Of a stretch of 64,000 nt of DNA, positions 61,575-64,000 are shown in pieces (positions within the stretch are counted from its first letter, which is position 1; each line of letters opens with the position of its first letter). Both the position numbers and the translations under genes were made by a program. Location: positions 434,001 to 498,000 of the forward strand of contig CP110439.1 in the NCBI GenBank assembly GCA_026914245.1, given 5' to 3'. The notes below the pieces were generated by a model. It was not told the DNA's origin. It ran no database searches and saw only the letters and a program-made list of their open reading frames with translations. The DNA is from Puccinia triticina (lineage: Eukaryota).

Positions 61575-62133
61575 AAGCTGAGCATCAGCTGAGCCATGGC
61601 CAAGGCTGAGCATCAGCTGAGCCATGGCCAAGGCTGAGCATCAGCTGTGCCAGGGCCAAAGATGATCATCAGGTGGCCAGGGCCAAAGCTGAGCATCAGC
61701 TGGGCCAGGGCAAAAACTGAGCATCAGCTGAGCCAGGGTAAAAGCTGAGTATCAGCTGGGCCAGGGCCAAAGCTGAGCATCATCTGGTTTTTTCACATTG
61801 AGTGCTTTGATCCTGAAACCTGTCATGTGAGCCCTAGATGTGCTCTTGCAATGAACCTAGCTCAACGGACGAAGATGATGAGTACGTGCGTGGAAGGATG
61901 AGGAAGAGGACCTTCCACGCACGCCCGTTGAGCTAGGTGACTACATAAAACATGTCACAGAATGATGAAAGATGAAAGACAAGTGATAGGTTGGAAGCAC
62001 ACTGAAAACAGAAAGAAAAAGGAAAAGGAACACAAAATCTCAACATGTGCTGGTGGAGAGGAGCAGCATTGGAGCTGAAAACAAAGCTGCATCATGTCAC
62101 TTGCCACCAAGTGACTTATTTTTTTTCCTGGTG
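61575..62133 (-). mobile_element. Inverted end fragment of the CACC-TIR family carrying a 200-bp insert
   Basis: Reverse-complement match to 51672-52060, ending CCTGGTG-TA. Insert 61845-62044 is flanked by duplicated ATGTGCT. Confidence 0.78.
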
Positions 62134-62240
62134 TATATTTCCAACTACCACTTGGCATTTTCAATTCCAAACTCCAACTACCAAAATGTGCCCTGGTAAA
62201 TTTTTGGTCCACACAACCCAGGTGCAAAGTTAAGGAGCGG

Positions 62241-63229
62241 TGTAAGACTCAAAAGTGGTAATGAAACCCTTTTGCTGAATGGTGAAGGGTATGATGGAGT
62301 TGCAAGCTCTGCCCTTCTGTTATCAGTCAACAAGACCCACCAAGCTCAGCTTGGCAAGTTTTATTAAGTGATAGGTCTGGTCTGTTCCAGATGAAATCTG
62401 TTTGACCGGCAACGTGTAAGTGTTTTAATTACTTTTTTATAAGGGTTGAATTGTTGTTAAAAGGGTTGATTTATTGTTATAAGGGTTTTAGGATTTGAGT
62501 GTGGATGAGTGTTGGGTGACTTGTGAGTTCTGGGTCAGAAAACTGGGGAGCAGACCACTGGGGGTGGAGAGAGCTCCTTTTATAGACAAAAGTGGAGCCC
62601 CAAAGGGGCTTGTGGGTTAGGTTTTCAGCTAATCTAGACAACAGGGTGAGGGATTTTAGCTGGTGGGAGTAGATACAAATGATGTCATAACCCCTCAGGG
62701 GCGCATGAATGGTGTCAGAATATACAACAGAACATTCTAAACATGCCAGGGGTGCATACATGATTGCAGAATATACAAAAGAACATTCTAACGCATGCAT
62801 GAGGTGACAGTAGACTGCATGAGCTGTCATCCAGGGGAAATTAGTGTATACACAAAGTCTGAGGCTGCAGAAACAGTGTAAATGATGTCATACTATGTAT
62901 ATAAAGGAGTGTATGTAGTTAATATGTAATGAGTGTAGCCTGACAGGGAGATGTATGTTTGTATCCTGTGATGTGTATAAGTGTACTACTGTGAAACTTG
63001 GGTTGAGGCCGGTGACAGCTGGGTTACTGGGGCTGGCCGTGTGATAGGTGTCCATGAGGGGTAACTTCCACACTAGAGGGGGTCCAGGGGTACTTCCAGT
63101 GGTGACTAGGGGTGAAATTAGCCGTAGAATCCATTTCTGGGGTCCATTTGATGGTATCTTGAGGCCTAGTATGAGTAATTATGTGGCATAGAAAAAAGTT
63201 TTTATTTTTCCACTTTTCCGTCTACCACA
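62241..63229. mobile_element. Solo LTR (989 bp)
   Basis: TGTAAGACTC..TCTACCACA termini; 4-bp TSD GCGG. Confidence 0.88.
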
Positions 63230-63444
63230 GCGGTCCTCCTGACGTACGTGCATTTGGTAGTTGGAAGTCAAAATAGAGGTAGTTGATTAGTCAAGACCCA
63301 TAAAAACTATGTAGGATTGGAGTCCAGGTGGAGGGCTTCACAATAAACCAAGGGTAGCTTTGTTTTTGGGTGAAGGAATGCTGAGATGACACGGGTGCAA
63401 AGATCTGCACCACCAAAAACATTGAATTGCCACCTCAGAATCCA

Positions 63445-63915
63445 CAACCTGAGTGTAACACATTGCCCTACCCCAAAGGATTTCTCCTGCACGCTTGGGA
63501 GACAGCCTTTGAGGGTGGGCTAGGCCAAAATATCAACATGCCCAAAAGGCCCCAAACAGCATTTTGGCAGGCATTTAGAGTTGATCAACTTTGAAAAAGA
63601 GGAACTACTTTCAATCGACTTGATATAACAACATAGGGGTTTTTCATATCCCCCCTAGGCCCCTAAGCCTAACCCAGGACCTAACCCTGAGTCTAACCTA
63701 AAGTTTGGACTCTGGAGAGGGTGATTAGAGGGGAAATGCATCATGAATGACAACTTTGTCTAAATCCAAACTTGAAGTAGCTCAAGGTTGGCAGGGCGGG
63801 TACAATTTTGGCATTTTTGGCATGTTGATATTTTGGTGTAGCCCACCCTCAAAGGCTGTCTCCCAAACGTGCGGGAGACATCCTTTGGGGTAGGGCAACG
63901 GGTTAGACTCAGGTG
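63445..63915. repeat. Long imperfect inverted repeat (~100-bp arms) enclosing CCTAACC-like motifs; probable MITE
   Basis: Arms ..TTGCCCTACCCCAAAGGA..GGGAGACAGCCTTTGAGGGTGGGCTA..AAAATATCAACATGCC and its reverse complement; outer ends not resolved. Confidence 0.65.
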
Positions 63916-64000
63916 GAATCCACACCAATTGGGGTGATTGGGCCCAAGCCTGAGACCCAGAGCTATGGGTGCCCGTAGCAAACTTTACACAACTTACAAT

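Noticed and set aside
61855..61940. Hammerhead ribozyme
   Set aside because: Lacks the CUGANGA and GAAA core in the correct stem arrangement.
63655..63700. Telomere-like CCTAACC repeats
   Set aside because: Few, degenerate and internal to an inverted-repeat element; not a chromosome end.

Overview
Eukaryotic fungal DNA with short GT-AG introns. The gene families and repeat style suggest a basidiomycete rust fungus (Pucciniales; inference). Only one conserved housekeeping gene is present (TPI1, 28895-30031); almost all the rest is mobile DNA. Positions 1 to ~24.5 kb form a compact multi-gene block built around an En/Spm-CACTA (Tnp2-type) transposase. The block also carries a SNF2 ATPase, two divergent paralogues of one unknown family, a putative OB-fold protein and, distally, a TET/JBP-like 2OG-Fe(II) dioxygenase. 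It is punctuated by three identical perfect 36-bp CpG-rich palindromes (2809, 10140, 19958), and I propose it is a giant cargo-carrying transposon whose ends I could not locate. A hAT transposon interrupts one of its genes. The remainder is a nested TE stack: an intact young Ty1/copia element with 100-bp LTRs and an apparent half-tRNA-Lys primer site; a decayed Ty3/gypsy element with what look like spliced and back-spliced exon copies in its leader; solo LTRs with CG-centred 4-bp TSDs; a Mutator element with an OTU protease domain; CACTA, hAT, Tourist and TA-type MITEs; Helitron 3' ends; and a tRNA-like sequence. All calls come from manual motif reading; no database searches were run.
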